This document shows, one piece after another, positions 15,977 to 24,835 of a stretch of DNA of 58,812 nt (the stretch's first letter is position 1; every line of letters begins with the position of its first letter). Below the pieces are notes generated by a model that had not been told where the DNA came from, did no database searches, and was given only the letters and a program-made list of their open reading frames with translations. The translations under genes and the position numbers were made by a program. Source of the stretch: Bdellovibrionales bacterium (GTDB taxonomy: Bacteria; Bdellovibrionota; UBA1018; CAIMNF01); NCBI GenBank assembly GCA_018969905.1, contig JAGWXK010000002.1:1-58812 (forward strand), read 5' to 3'.

Positions 15977-16800
15977 AAGGTCACCCCTTCCAATTTGACC
16001 ACTTCTTCTCGGAAACGTTCGATCTTTGTGGCTTTGCCGGTTTTCTCATTGATCTCGACCATGACGGCGCCGTATCCGCCCGGCCCCTCTGCTGGCTCAA
16101 AACGGACCGGCATCTTGGTCAAAAACTTTTTGATGGAAATCTCTTTTTTGGTGCCAATGACAGAATCAAAACAGCCGCACATCCCGACATCGGTAATTGC
16201 AGCGGTCCCGTTCGGCGTAATTCGCTCATCCGCAGTCTGCACATGGGAATGCGTACCGACCACTGCCGAGACCTCCCCGTCCATGAAATAGGTAAAGGCC
16301 TGTTTTTCTGAGCTCGCCTCTCCATGAAAATCGACAAAGATATTCTTTATGCCCTGATCGCGTAGTTTTGCGATTTCCTTTCGCCCGCGGTGAAACGGAC
16401 AATCAAGTGGATCCATGAAAACGCGCCCCATCAGAAGCAAGACCCCAAGGCGGATTCCAGGACGATTCTTGCATTCCAGGATCGCCATTCCGCGTCCCGG
16501 AACCAGATCCAGATCCGTCTCCGGATAATTGAGCGGACGCAAAAGCCGTTTTTCCTGGGCAAAAAGTGTTTGGGATTCGGGCTGATCCCATGCATGGTTT
16601 CCGGTGGTGATCAGATCCACTCCCATGTCGAAAAACTCTTCTGCAATCTTCGCGCTGATTCCCCTTCCGTGGGCGGCGTTTTCGGCATTTACGATAATGA
16701 AATCCGGCTGACAATGAGGCATGAGTTTTGGAATCGCAAGCTTTACCGCTTGCCGACCGGGCTTTCCAAAAACATCTCCAAAAAAAAGTACTCTGATCAT
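15973..16800 (-). CDS. ymdB: YmdB-family metallophosphoesterase (2',3'-cyclic-nucleotide 2'-phosphodiesterase type)
   Basis: N-terminus MIRVLFFGDVFGKPGR, then VNAENAAHGRGI, TTGNHAWD, VDFHGEASSEK and GTHSHVQTADE, the characteristic motif set of this family. Confidence 0.88.
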   Translation of the reverse strand: MIRVLFFGDVFGKPGRQAVKLAIPKLMPHCQPDFIIVNAENAAHGRGISAKIAEEFFDMGVDLITTGNHAWDQPESQTLFAQEKRLLRPLNYPETDLDLVPGRGMAILECKNRPGIRLGVLLLMGRVFMDPLDCPFHRGRKEIAKLRDQGIKNIFVDFHGEASSEKQAFTYFMDGEVSAVVGTHSHVQTADERITPNGTAAITDVGMCGCFDSVIGTKKEISIKKFLTKMPVRFEPAEGPGGYGAVMVEINEKTGKATKIERFREEVVKLEGVTF

Positions 16801-17465
16801 TTTTGATTCCTACGAATGATTTTACCGTGAGTTGTCCAATCTCCATAGGAATTCGTGGGAATGATTTCCCGATCTGTCAGAATGATGTCGACTCGCTCAT
16901 CCCACTCCTCCTCGGGAACGAGGTCTGAGATCTGTTCGTCAAATGCGACTCCCACCCGAAGGGCTCCCGAAAAATCTTGAAGGAAACGATCATAGAAGCC
17001 AGCACCTCTGCCTAGGCGTCTGCCATCACGACTGAACGCAAGACCCGGGACCAGGATCATATGCATCTGCTCCCGACTCACTTCCGGAAGAGTTGCAACG
17101 GGCTGATCAATACGGATCCCGCTTGACGGCTCAATGACCTCCCAAAGATCAGGAGTATCGCGTCTCGCAGCACGCGCACTCATTTTTCGCCCATTCCAAT
17201 CCTCGATCCTGACATAGCCTACCCGATAGGGCTCCCTGCAACCCTCTTTTTCGATATTGATTTGAGGTTCATTTCCGAAAGGACAAAAGCTGACGATCCA
17301 TCCCCCACGGAGTCTGGACTCATGGGAATGGATCCATTCAAAGAACCGATCGCTCAATCTTCCGGACTTTTCAATGAGATCAAAAAAAGAAAGACCAGCG
17401 AGACGATTTACAAACCCCTCTCGCATCTGTTTTTTTAGTGCCTTCGCCGACAGTAGAGAACTCAC
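16797..17465 (-). CDS. 5-formyltetrahydrofolate cyclo-ligase family protein
   Basis: Motif ILVPGLAFSRDGRRLGRGAGFYDRFL. Conserved neighbourhood directly downstream of zapA. ATGA overlap with ymdB. Confidence 0.75.
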   Translation of the reverse strand: MSSLLSAKALKKQMREGFVNRLAGLSFFDLIEKSGRLSDRFFEWIHSHESRLRGGWIVSFCPFGNEPQINIEKEGCREPYRVGYVRIEDWNGRKMSARAARRDTPDLWEVIEPSSGIRIDQPVATLPEVSREQMHMILVPGLAFSRDGRRLGRGAGFYDRFLQDFSGALRVGVAFDEQISDLVPEEEWDERVDIILTDREIIPTNSYGDWTTHGKIIRRNQK

Positions 17466-17770
17466 GTATGATTCTGCCCTGACTCAACTTCGCGGAGCCT
17501 GGAAAGTTCCGACATCAGAAGAGAGCATTTTCGGTCAAGCTCCTCGCGATACGAGTCAATGGACTTACGGTCACGAACCAGATTCCCTGCGATTTCGAGA
17601 AGAGCCAGAACCGCGACCTGATTTGGCCCAAGAAGGGGCTTTGCATTTTGAATCTCGGAGATCCGCTCGTTGACAACCTTGAGCGCAACGGTGGCGAGGT
17701 CCGCCTGCGCCTGGTCCTGTATCACTACTTTCTGTCCTAAAATCGTGAATTCTTTTGAAAATGTGGCCAT
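17462..17770 (-). CDS. zapA: Cell division protein ZapA
   Basis: 102-aa ORF with an N-terminal beta segment (FTILGQKVVIQ), then a helical segment NQVAVLALLEIAGNL and a coiled-coil tail. It shows the classic zapA / 5-FCL synteny. Confidence 0.7.
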   Translation of the reverse strand: MATFSKEFTILGQKVVIQDQAQADLATVALKVVNERISEIQNAKPLLGPNQVAVLALLEIAGNLVRDRKSIDSYREELDRKCSLLMSELSRLREVESGQNHT

Positions 17771-17841
17771 GGATTCCTCTTTCCGGAATTATAGGTATTT
17801 TTTGCCGATTGTGAAGGGAATTCCCGACTGCGAACATAAGG

Positions 17842-18336
17842 ATGGGGCAGGCACTGCCGAATTTTCAAGGAGGCTCCATGGGCAATTCGATGAATGGGCC
17901 GGGAAACAATGTCGATGAAATCCGCTACCGCAGTTACCTTACGCAAATGGAAAGGGATCAGGACGCCACGATCCGCGAGAAGGAAGACACTCATCGGGAG
18001 AAACTTGGAAAAGTGATTGAAACCCAGAACAAACAACTCGAGGAGATTCGCAGGGATTTCGATGTAAAGATCTCAAGTGAAGCCGAGATCCTTGAACGGA
18101 AACTCGGTCAGGTCCGGGAACAGAATCAGGAACTTCTGACCCGGGAGCAAATGGCCGGTGAACAGGAAGCGGCCAAAGTTCACAGCCAGTACACCCAGCG
18201 CATCGAACAGGAAAAACGGACCGGCGACGAGCAAATCCTGAAACTTCAGGCCTACTACAAAAAGGCCTCGGATGAGCTCAACCACCAGTTTGAAAAAGAA
18301 AAACAGAAGCTCAATCAGAAAGGGAAAGTCACATGA
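17842..18336 (+). CDS. Hypothetical coiled-coil protein
   Basis: 164-aa ORF, almost entirely E/K/Q/R-rich heptad-like sequence after a G/N-rich N-terminus. Divergent from zapA. Confidence 0.5.
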   Translation: MGQALPNFQGGSMGNSMNGPGNNVDEIRYRSYLTQMERDQDATIREKEDTHREKLGKVIETQNKQLEEIRRDFDVKISSEAEILERKLGQVREQNQELLTREQMAGEQEAAKVHSQYTQRIEQEKRTGDEQILKLQAYYKKASDELNHQFEKEKQKLNQKGKVT

Positions 18337-18545
18337 ACCAAAGAACCCGCCAGGATGCCCCCGCGACCCATCCACCCCGAACCGAACCTCTGGATTCCGC
18401 GGATTCCACGGTCCGTGTGAACGGCTTGGAGCAAGTCATTGAGCTGCTCCGCCATGCGGACCCATCCTTCCGGAACTCGCTACTGAAGCGCCTGCAGGCA
18501 CGGGATCCGGCTCTGGCTCAGAGGCTTCTTCGGATCATTCGTTAA
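18333..18545 (+). CDS. Hypothetical small protein
   Basis: 70-aa ORF with an ATGA overlap with the preceding coiled-coil ORF. It has a helical C-terminus (VIELLRHADPSFRNSLLKRLQARDPALAQRLL). Its 3' end overlaps the convergent peptidase gene by 11 nt. Confidence 0.4.
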   Translation: MNQRTRQDAPATHPPRTEPLDSADSTVRVNGLEQVIELLRHADPSFRNSLLKRLQARDPALAQRLLRIIR

Positions 18546-19959
18546 GCCAGCGAGAGAACAAATCATCAAAACGGGTGCGCGCCTCGGTGAGACCCGCCAT
18601 GACTCTTGAGCCAAGATCATCACAATGGGCCGCCCCCGGAATGAAGAACGCGCTTAAGCCTGGATTCAGCCCCTGCAGGTGACTCTCGCTTGTAATCGAA
18701 AGATTAGACCAGGGATCATTGCTGCCATTCGTAAAGTGGATATTTGTCACCTTGGAGTCAAACAGCCCGGAGTAATAATTACGATTGGTTCGTTCGGTGT
18801 TTACCGGCATCTTGATCCCAAAAAGGCGATCGCAGGCCTCATTGTGGTACTTCAGATCAATACGAGCTGAGCGAGAGGTCTGCAGGGAATCTCGATTCGC
18901 AATTTGATAAAACCCGAATTCGGTACAAGACTGGTACATCCATTGCCTTCCCGCATACTCACGGTAGTCGGCGGGATTCTCGCTCATAGACCCGCCAAAA
19001 GAATCCTGGAATGGAGAAGTACCAACCATTGACATGAGTAAAAGTCCGCTTTTGGCGTAAGCCTCCACCGCGGCGCCCTCGCTCTCACCCGCGACCACTT
19101 GATCACAAAACTGTTTTTGAAATCCGTACTGAATTGCAATCGCAGCCATATCCGCAAGGACATAGAGGAAGTCCACATCGTGGGTCACCCGCTCTGCTTG
19201 AAACAACCGTTTGACTTCCAGGCGGGACGGCTCGGAAGCCAATCGACTCTCGACCTCGGAGACTACTTTTTGAATCACCCCCAAACAAGCGGGATCCGCG
19301 ACCTTTGCGACATGACGATCGTATTCAAAAAAGTCAGCCTTCGCAAAAACCGGAGCGGATGAGGCAAGAGCACCAACCACAAGCTCGGGATGTTTCATTC
19401 GATAGAAAGCGGAAAGCTCGCCCGGGTACGAGCCTCCGATTGCAAGCCATTTTCCTTGGAGCTTCAGTGCAGCCTGGGCATACCGCTGAAAGTGAGCCAG
19501 ATCTTCAAGTGCCTGGCCCATCGAAAGGTAGCGGAGGTTTTCAGAAGAAAGTGAATCGAAGGGCTGACTATCCCCATAGAACCGATGCTCCAGTGCAACC
19601 CGATGGGCTTTGTACTTTCGTGCCAAACGGTTCATCAGCGGAGTGTCGGACGGCCCCTCACAGGTGGACTCCCCACAAATGTAGAAAAGCACCGGGGATG
19701 ATTCATTTTCCGCATAGCTGGAATCAATGAAGTACCGCTGCTTGAAGGTACTCCCCTTGAGTTTTGACCCGGCACGCGCGAAATGATCAATCAACTGATC
19801 AACGGTACGCACTTCGGGAGCTGGAAGACTCGACTCAAGCCAAAGAGGCGCGGTTCTTTTCAGGTAATTCTGAATCAGCCTGTCTTTTAAGTCGGCCCGG
19901 GCGGTACCGGAATGAACAAGAAAAACTCCAAAGAACAGGACTCTTACGAGCAGATTCAT
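18535..19959 (-). CDS. Secreted serine peptidase, family S28 (Pro-X carboxypeptidase / DPP7-like)
   Basis: Signal peptide MNLLVRVLFFGVFLVHSGTARA. Motifs FKQRYFIDSSY, PVLFYICGE and the nucleophile elbow GGSYPGELSAFYRMKHPELVVGALASSAPV, typical of S28. Confidence 0.85.
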   Translation of the reverse strand: MNLLVRVLFFGVFLVHSGTARADLKDRLIQNYLKRTAPLWLESSLPAPEVRTVDQLIDHFARAGSKLKGSTFKQRYFIDSSYAENESSPVLFYICGESTCEGPSDTPLMNRLARKYKAHRVALEHRFYGDSQPFDSLSSENLRYLSMGQALEDLAHFQRYAQAALKLQGKWLAIGGSYPGELSAFYRMKHPELVVGALASSAPVFAKADFFEYDRHVAKVADPACLGVIQKVVSEVESRLASEPSRLEVKRLFQAERVTHDVDFLYVLADMAAIAIQYGFQKQFCDQVVAGESEGAAVEAYAKSGLLLMSMVGTSPFQDSFGGSMSENPADYREYAGRQWMYQSCTEFGFYQIANRDSLQTSRSARIDLKYHNEACDRLFGIKMPVNTERTNRNYYSGLFDSKVTNIHFTNGSNDPWSNLSITSESHLQGLNPGLSAFFIPGAAHCDDLGSRVMAGLTEARTRFDDLFSRWLNE

Positions 19960-20022
19960 GCGGAGGTTTTGCCTGAGGCAAAGAAATCAGGCAAGGAAAC
20001 AAGATGACTCAATGAATTCGCT

Positions 20023-20946
20023 TCAGCTCGCTTGCCCGAGCACTCCATATCGAAGACCACGGGTCGAAATGCGCACCAACGGAAAACGAAGCTTTTCCAT
20101 GACTCTCCAGAAAATCAGGGCTCCGGCCAGAATCACATCGGCGCGCTTTGCCTCCATTCCCACCATCGCCTTTCGCTCCTCGATGGATCTCCATTTGAGT
20201 TCCTCCACAATTCGATGCACATCCCCTTTTTTTAATTCAAACCCATCCAGCTGCTTCTGATCATAGGTGGAGGTGCCAAGCTGAAGCATCGCGAGCGTCA
20301 CCGCCGTACCTGCAACCGCAACAAACTCCGGGTCCCCTTTGATTCGAAGACCAAGCTCATCCCGCCACGAAAACAGCGTGGAAAGTTCGCTGTCAATCGC
20401 CTCTTCGGCAGCCCAGAACTCGGCATCACTCACGGGATCGGAGAACAGGAATTTCTCGGTGATCTTTACAGCTCCGATTCCAAGACTGGTGCCCAATATG
20501 GTCTTTGCTCCCTCTGGAATGGCGACAAGCTCCGTACTTCCACCACCAATGTCCATGACCACCATTCGGGAGGCCTCCATTTCCGGAAGTGCCGCTCCAA
20601 GAAAGGTGGCCCGCGCTTCCTCATCGCCGGACAGGATTCGAAACCCAACGCCAAGACTTGTCTTTAGCTCCGCAAAGAATGGGGCGGCATTTTTGGCATC
20701 ACGGGCCTGGGCTGTACCCACGGCAACAATGTCCTGGGCGGAAACACCAAACTTTGCCGCGATTCGAACGTATTTTTCGATGCATTCCCGAGCACGATTC
20801 ATGGCTTCTGGTTTTAGCACTCCACTTGACGCAACCCCTTCGCCAAGCCTGACCACGGTCGACTCGTCATGAAGAACCTTTCCGCCGGAGTCGCGCACGA
20901 GCAACAGACAGGTATTGGTACCAAGATCGATGGATGCTTGTGTCAT
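20023..20946 (-). CDS. Ppx/GppA-family phosphatase (exopolyphosphatase-like, N-terminal domains only)
   Basis: The ATG at 20946 gives MTQASIDLGTNTCLLLV (ASKHA-fold phosphate-1 motif). Also MDIGGGSTELV. The ORF-track extension to 21138 overlaps the asmA 3' end and is rejected. Confidence 0.8.
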   Translation of the reverse strand: MTQASIDLGTNTCLLLVRDSGGKVLHDESTVVRLGEGVASSGVLKPEAMNRARECIEKYVRIAAKFGVSAQDIVAVGTAQARDAKNAAPFFAELKTSLGVGFRILSGDEEARATFLGAALPEMEASRMVVMDIGGGSTELVAIPEGAKTILGTSLGIGAVKITEKFLFSDPVSDAEFWAAEEAIDSELSTLFSWRDELGLRIKGDPEFVAVAGTAVTLAMLQLGTSTYDQKQLDGFELKKGDVHRIVEELKWRSIEERKAMVGMEAKRADVILAGALIFWRVMEKLRFPLVRISTRGLRYGVLGQAS

Positions 20947-20963
20947 CGTGAGCCTTTCATGCC

Positions 20964-23333
20964 TTAGCGGCCAAACAATCCTTTGATCGCGTTTCCAACA
21001 CCCTTCTCGATCGCACCTTTCACCGAGTCCTGGACTTTTTGCTTTACGACATCCTGGGCAACATTGCCGAGTCGTTTGGCCGCAACTCCGGCGAGAAACT
21101 CCGGCACTTGCCCGTAATTCATGCAAGGTGCACTCCACTTGCAGCCCACCGTGATCGGAAGAGTGACAGGATCTTTCTCGGATTTCGCAAGAAAGTTCGG
21201 GATGTTCTTTCCTGCGATGTTCACCGTCAGTTGATCCGCACCAGTAACCCGCTGAGTATCAGTAAGCTCCCATTTTGCATCGAGCGATTCATCGATCAAG
21301 CCCATCCGGGTGAAGCCCTTCAAATCCACGCCTCGTTTGGGAGCGGCTTTCGCAACAAAGTCCGGAGCCTCAAGCGTTCCATTGGAAATTGTAAAGGAAC
21401 CGGAAATGAGGTCATACTTGGAATCGGCGTTTGAATTGACCTTGAGATCCTTCCCCCTCAATACCGGCACCTTGTCTGCAATTTTGCCCAAGGAGCCCGA
21501 GATCGCCTCATTTGCCATCTTGGAAATGTCCATGGACCGAAATGATGCATTCACCACCTTGAAGTTCCCCTTCATCTTGAGCTGGCGTTTCGCAGCCTTT
21601 GAATTGAAGCTTGCGCCACTCCCCTGGATAGCCGCACTCAAAACTCCGGTCAAAGTGTTCTTGAAGGACTGAAACTGGGACTCCACGGCCTTCTGCATGT
21701 CAAATCCGGCAACCATGAAATTCATCGAGTAGAAAGGTTCCTTCGGCTTTAGATCCACCGAGAAGTTCCCGCTCATGGTTCCCTCATACATCTTGAGCTT
21801 GATGTCGCTCAGGGCAACCACAAGATTCTTCATCTGAATTTTGGTGCGAAGATCATCCATACGGAATCCCTTTGCCCTGAGGAATGCAATCGACACGGAT
21901 CCATCCAGGGTAAGGTCACGGGCGATTTCGTTTTTGCGCAGGGGATCCAGAAGCGCGTCGAGGTCCTCTTCCTTGGCCTGTGCCCCTGACTTCGCATCCG
22001 ATGCAGGCGCCTGGTCTTTGGAACCCTTTGCACCGGCACCATCTGCTGGAAATTCCACCCACTGATCCAGATCCATTCCCTTCGCGGAGTTTAGCGCAAA
22101 GGTAACCTGAGGCTTGCTGAAAGAACGAACCTTGGCATCCAAGGTCAAACCGTTCCCGGGCGCCTTGAGTTCAAGTGCCAATTTTTCGATCTGGTCGGTT
22201 AAAACATGAATAGATCCATTCAAAACAGGCTTTGCCTTCAGCATCGGTCCCTTTGCAGTCAATCCATCCACATTCACCATCGCCTCGTACTGGAGAGAAT
22301 CGGGTTTTCCCTTGAGCCCGCCCTTCAGTCCGAGTTTTCCTTCGAGCTCATATTCTTTCAGTATCGGGACGAGCTCGTTCCAGGGCTTCAGATCAACAGG
22401 CTTTGCCTCGAATTTGAAATCTGCTCCCTGGTCTTTGTGAAAGATTCCGGACAGCAGAATCTCCGCATTGTGAAAGCGGATCATCGCTTCTTTCAAAGTC
22501 AGCGCTGAAGTATCAAGGCTTGCATTGAAATCAAGCCGGGTGGGCACCCCCTTTTTCTTTGTGAACAAATCCCCTTTTCGGATGGAGAGTTCATCCGCGG
22601 AAAAATCCGCCTCCAACGATGCCTTTTTGAATTCGCCCCCTGAAATCTCAGGAGTGAGAGCCATCTTGAAGGTAAGCGGTCCTTCGAGCTCAAGATCAGT
22701 TCCCATTTTCGTTTTTAACTCAGCCCAAAGCTCCATCTCGGTTTTTCGAGAAAGAGAGAAATCCTTGACCCGAACATTCAATCGATCCACGGTATTGGTG
22801 AGATCCATGGCCTGATCCTGGTAAACCAGCTTCGCGTTCTCAATTGAGATCCCGAAATGCGCATTCACGGCGAGCCCCGGCAATTCAACCTGACCTGAAG
22901 GCGGAGATTCTTTTTTCTGATCCGCTCCGGTACCGCTCGATCCGGTCTCGGTCTTCATCAGACTCATGACATTGAGTTTGCCCTCCTTGTCCTTCAGAAC
23001 CCGGATCTCAGGCTCTTTCATTCCGATCGTGATGAGCGGTGAACCGGAAAGCACCGAAAGATAAGGCATGTCGAATGCGGCGTCCTTCACAGAAAGCACC
23101 GGCGCACCCTTGGAATCGGTCACCTTCAATCCATCCACTCCCACATGAATTCGCCCCCAAAGGCTTAAACTAAGCTTCCCTAACTCCAGGGTTCCGTTCA
23201 GCTTCGAGTTTACGGCCTTCACAATCTCCGGGCGAAATTTGTCGACATTGACAAAAAACGGAATAGTGATCAGCGCCACCAGAATCACCGCAGCCAGAAC
23301 TCCAAACACCTTCATGATCTTCTTCATACTCAC
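20964..23333 (-). CDS. AsmA-family outer-membrane biogenesis protein
   Basis: 789 aa with an N-terminal anchor (KVFGVLAAVILVALITIPFFVNVDKFRPEIV) followed by a long beta-rich periplasmic region, the typical AsmA architecture. Confidence 0.75.
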   Translation of the reverse strand: MSMKKIMKVFGVLAAVILVALITIPFFVNVDKFRPEIVKAVNSKLNGTLELGKLSLSLWGRIHVGVDGLKVTDSKGAPVLSVKDAAFDMPYLSVLSGSPLITIGMKEPEIRVLKDKEGKLNVMSLMKTETGSSGTGADQKKESPPSGQVELPGLAVNAHFGISIENAKLVYQDQAMDLTNTVDRLNVRVKDFSLSRKTEMELWAELKTKMGTDLELEGPLTFKMALTPEISGGEFKKASLEADFSADELSIRKGDLFTKKKGVPTRLDFNASLDTSALTLKEAMIRFHNAEILLSGIFHKDQGADFKFEAKPVDLKPWNELVPILKEYELEGKLGLKGGLKGKPDSLQYEAMVNVDGLTAKGPMLKAKPVLNGSIHVLTDQIEKLALELKAPGNGLTLDAKVRSFSKPQVTFALNSAKGMDLDQWVEFPADGAGAKGSKDQAPASDAKSGAQAKEEDLDALLDPLRKNEIARDLTLDGSVSIAFLRAKGFRMDDLRTKIQMKNLVVALSDIKLKMYEGTMSGNFSVDLKPKEPFYSMNFMVAGFDMQKAVESQFQSFKNTLTGVLSAAIQGSGASFNSKAAKRQLKMKGNFKVVNASFRSMDISKMANEAISGSLGKIADKVPVLRGKDLKVNSNADSKYDLISGSFTISNGTLEAPDFVAKAAPKRGVDLKGFTRMGLIDESLDAKWELTDTQRVTGADQLTVNIAGKNIPNFLAKSEKDPVTLPITVGCKWSAPCMNYGQVPEFLAGVAAKRLGNVAQDVVKQKVQDSVKGAIEKGVGNAIKGLFGR

Positions 23334-24835
23334 CCTTTCAATTTCTTCACGACCAGCTCCTGCAGCAATGCGGGATTGGCCTTACCCTGTGTGGCTTTCA
23401 TCGCCTGCCCCACAAAAAATCCAAGAACTTTTTCTTTGCCTGAGCGATATTCTTCCACCTGTTTCGGATTTTTTGCGATGATTTCCTCGATCACCGGCTC
23501 AAGTGCGGAAAGATCACTCACCTGCCTAAGTCCCTCGCGGTCAATGATCGCACCCACTTCTCCGCCCTCTTTGAAGGCGATCGCAAGCACTTGCTTTGCC
23601 GCAGTCACTGAAACCGTCTGATCGGATACGGCCCGCGCAAGATCCGCAAACTGTTTCGAGGTGAATCCCGCATTCTGCGCATCGGGGTTCGATTCTGCCT
23701 CCGAAACAAGGCGCATTCCCTCCCCGATCATCAGATTTGCCAGAATCTTGCCTTGCTCTTTTCCGGTAAGTGCGACGCTCTCCTCAAACATCCGTCCCCA
23801 AGTCGAGCCAGAAGAGAGAAGAATCGCATCTAACCTCCGCAAGAAGTAGTCTCGCATGTAACGATCCCGTTTTTGATCGGGAAGCTCGGGCAGTGCCGCT
23901 CGAATCGCCTCGACCATCTGAGGGGATAAAACCAGGGGAGGTAGATCCGGATCCGGAAAATAACGATAATCCTCGGCATCTTCCTTCGTCCTCATCGAAA
24001 AGGTCCGGTTCTTTTGAGAATCATAAAGACGGGTTTCCTGCACGAGAGTTCCGCCGGAAAGAATCACCTGCCGCTGCCGCTCAACTTCGTACTCGATCGC
24101 TTTTTCCACAAAGCGAAAGGAGTTCACATTCTTGATCTCAGTCCTCGTGCCGAAAGCACTCACTCCCTTTGGCCGAATGGACACGTTTGCATCACAGCGA
24201 AAATTTCCTTCCTGAAGGTTTCCATCACAAACTCCGATCGCAGTCACAATCGCATAAAGCTTTCGAAGATAAGCTCCGGCCTCAAGGGGTGACCGCATTT
24301 CAGGCTCACTCACCACCTCGATCAAGGGAACTCCCGCGCGATTCAGGTTCACAAGACTGTACCCGTGCAGATGCAGGCTCTTTCCGGCATCTTCTTCCAT
24401 GTGGATCCGAGTGATTCCGATTCGTTTTGTAATCTCACCCTCGTCCCCAAGCTCAATGTCGAGGAATCCCTTTTCACAAAGAGGAAGATCATACTGCGAA
24501 ATCTGATAACCCTTTGGCGAATCCGGATAGAAATAATGCTTTCTCGCAAAGATGCTCTTCAGATTGATTTTGCAGCCGGTGGCAAGTCCTGCTCTGACCG
24601 CGTACCCTACCGCCTTTTCATTCAGCACAGGGAGGGTGCCAGGATGTCCGGCGCAAACGGGAGTCGTGTTTTTATTCACGGCTTCGTCCGCAACCGAGTT
24701 TCCGGACTCAGGTCTTGCCCGGGCAGAAGAAAAAATTTTGGAATCGGTAGCAAGCTGCACGTGAACCTCAAGACCGATCACCGCCTCAAACTCGGTATTC
24801 ACATCCACACTCACTCCAAGGCAGGTAAGACTCAT
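23330..24835 (-). CDS. gatB: Asp-tRNA(Asn)/Glu-tRNA(Gln) amidotransferase subunit B
   Basis: Motifs EAVIGLEVHVQL, HYFYPD(S)PKGYQISQ and RCDANVS, plus the C-terminal GatB/YqeY domain (GFFVGQAMKATQGKANP). ATGA overlaps with gatA and asmA. Confidence 0.93.
   Translation of the reverse strand: MSLTCLGVSVDVNTEFEAVIGLEVHVQLATDSKIFSSARARPESGNSVADEAVNKNTTPVCAGHPGTLPVLNEKAVGYAVRAGLATGCKINLKSIFARKHYFYPDSPKGYQISQYDLPLCEKGFLDIELGDEGEITKRIGITRIHMEEDAGKSLHLHGYSLVNLNRAGVPLIEVVSEPEMRSPLEAGAYLRKLYAIVTAIGVCDGNLQEGNFRCDANVSIRPKGVSAFGTRTEIKNVNSFRFVEKAIEYEVERQRQVILSGGTLVQETRLYDSQKNRTFSMRTKEDAEDYRYFPDPDLPPLVLSPQMVEAIRAALPELPDQKRDRYMRDYFLRRLDAILLSSGSTWGRMFEESVALTGKEQGKILANLMIGEGMRLVSEAESNPDAQNAGFTSKQFADLARAVSDQTVSVTAAKQVLAIAFKEGGEVGAIIDREGLRQVSDLSALEPVIEEIIAKNPKQVEEYRSGKEKVLGFFVGQAMKATQGKANPALLQELVVKKLKG

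Noticed and set aside
17440-17490. Possible 6S RNA (ssrS) between zapA and the 5-formyl-THF cyclo-ligase gene, as in E. coli
   Set aside because: The two coding regions overlap by 4 nt (17462-17465), so there is no room for a roughly 180-nt RNA gene here.
20947-21138. 64-codon extension of the Ppx/GppA ORF into the 3' end of asmA
   Set aside because: The extension is Cys/Arg-rich with no domain. The ASKHA phosphate-1 motif begins right after the ATG at 20946.
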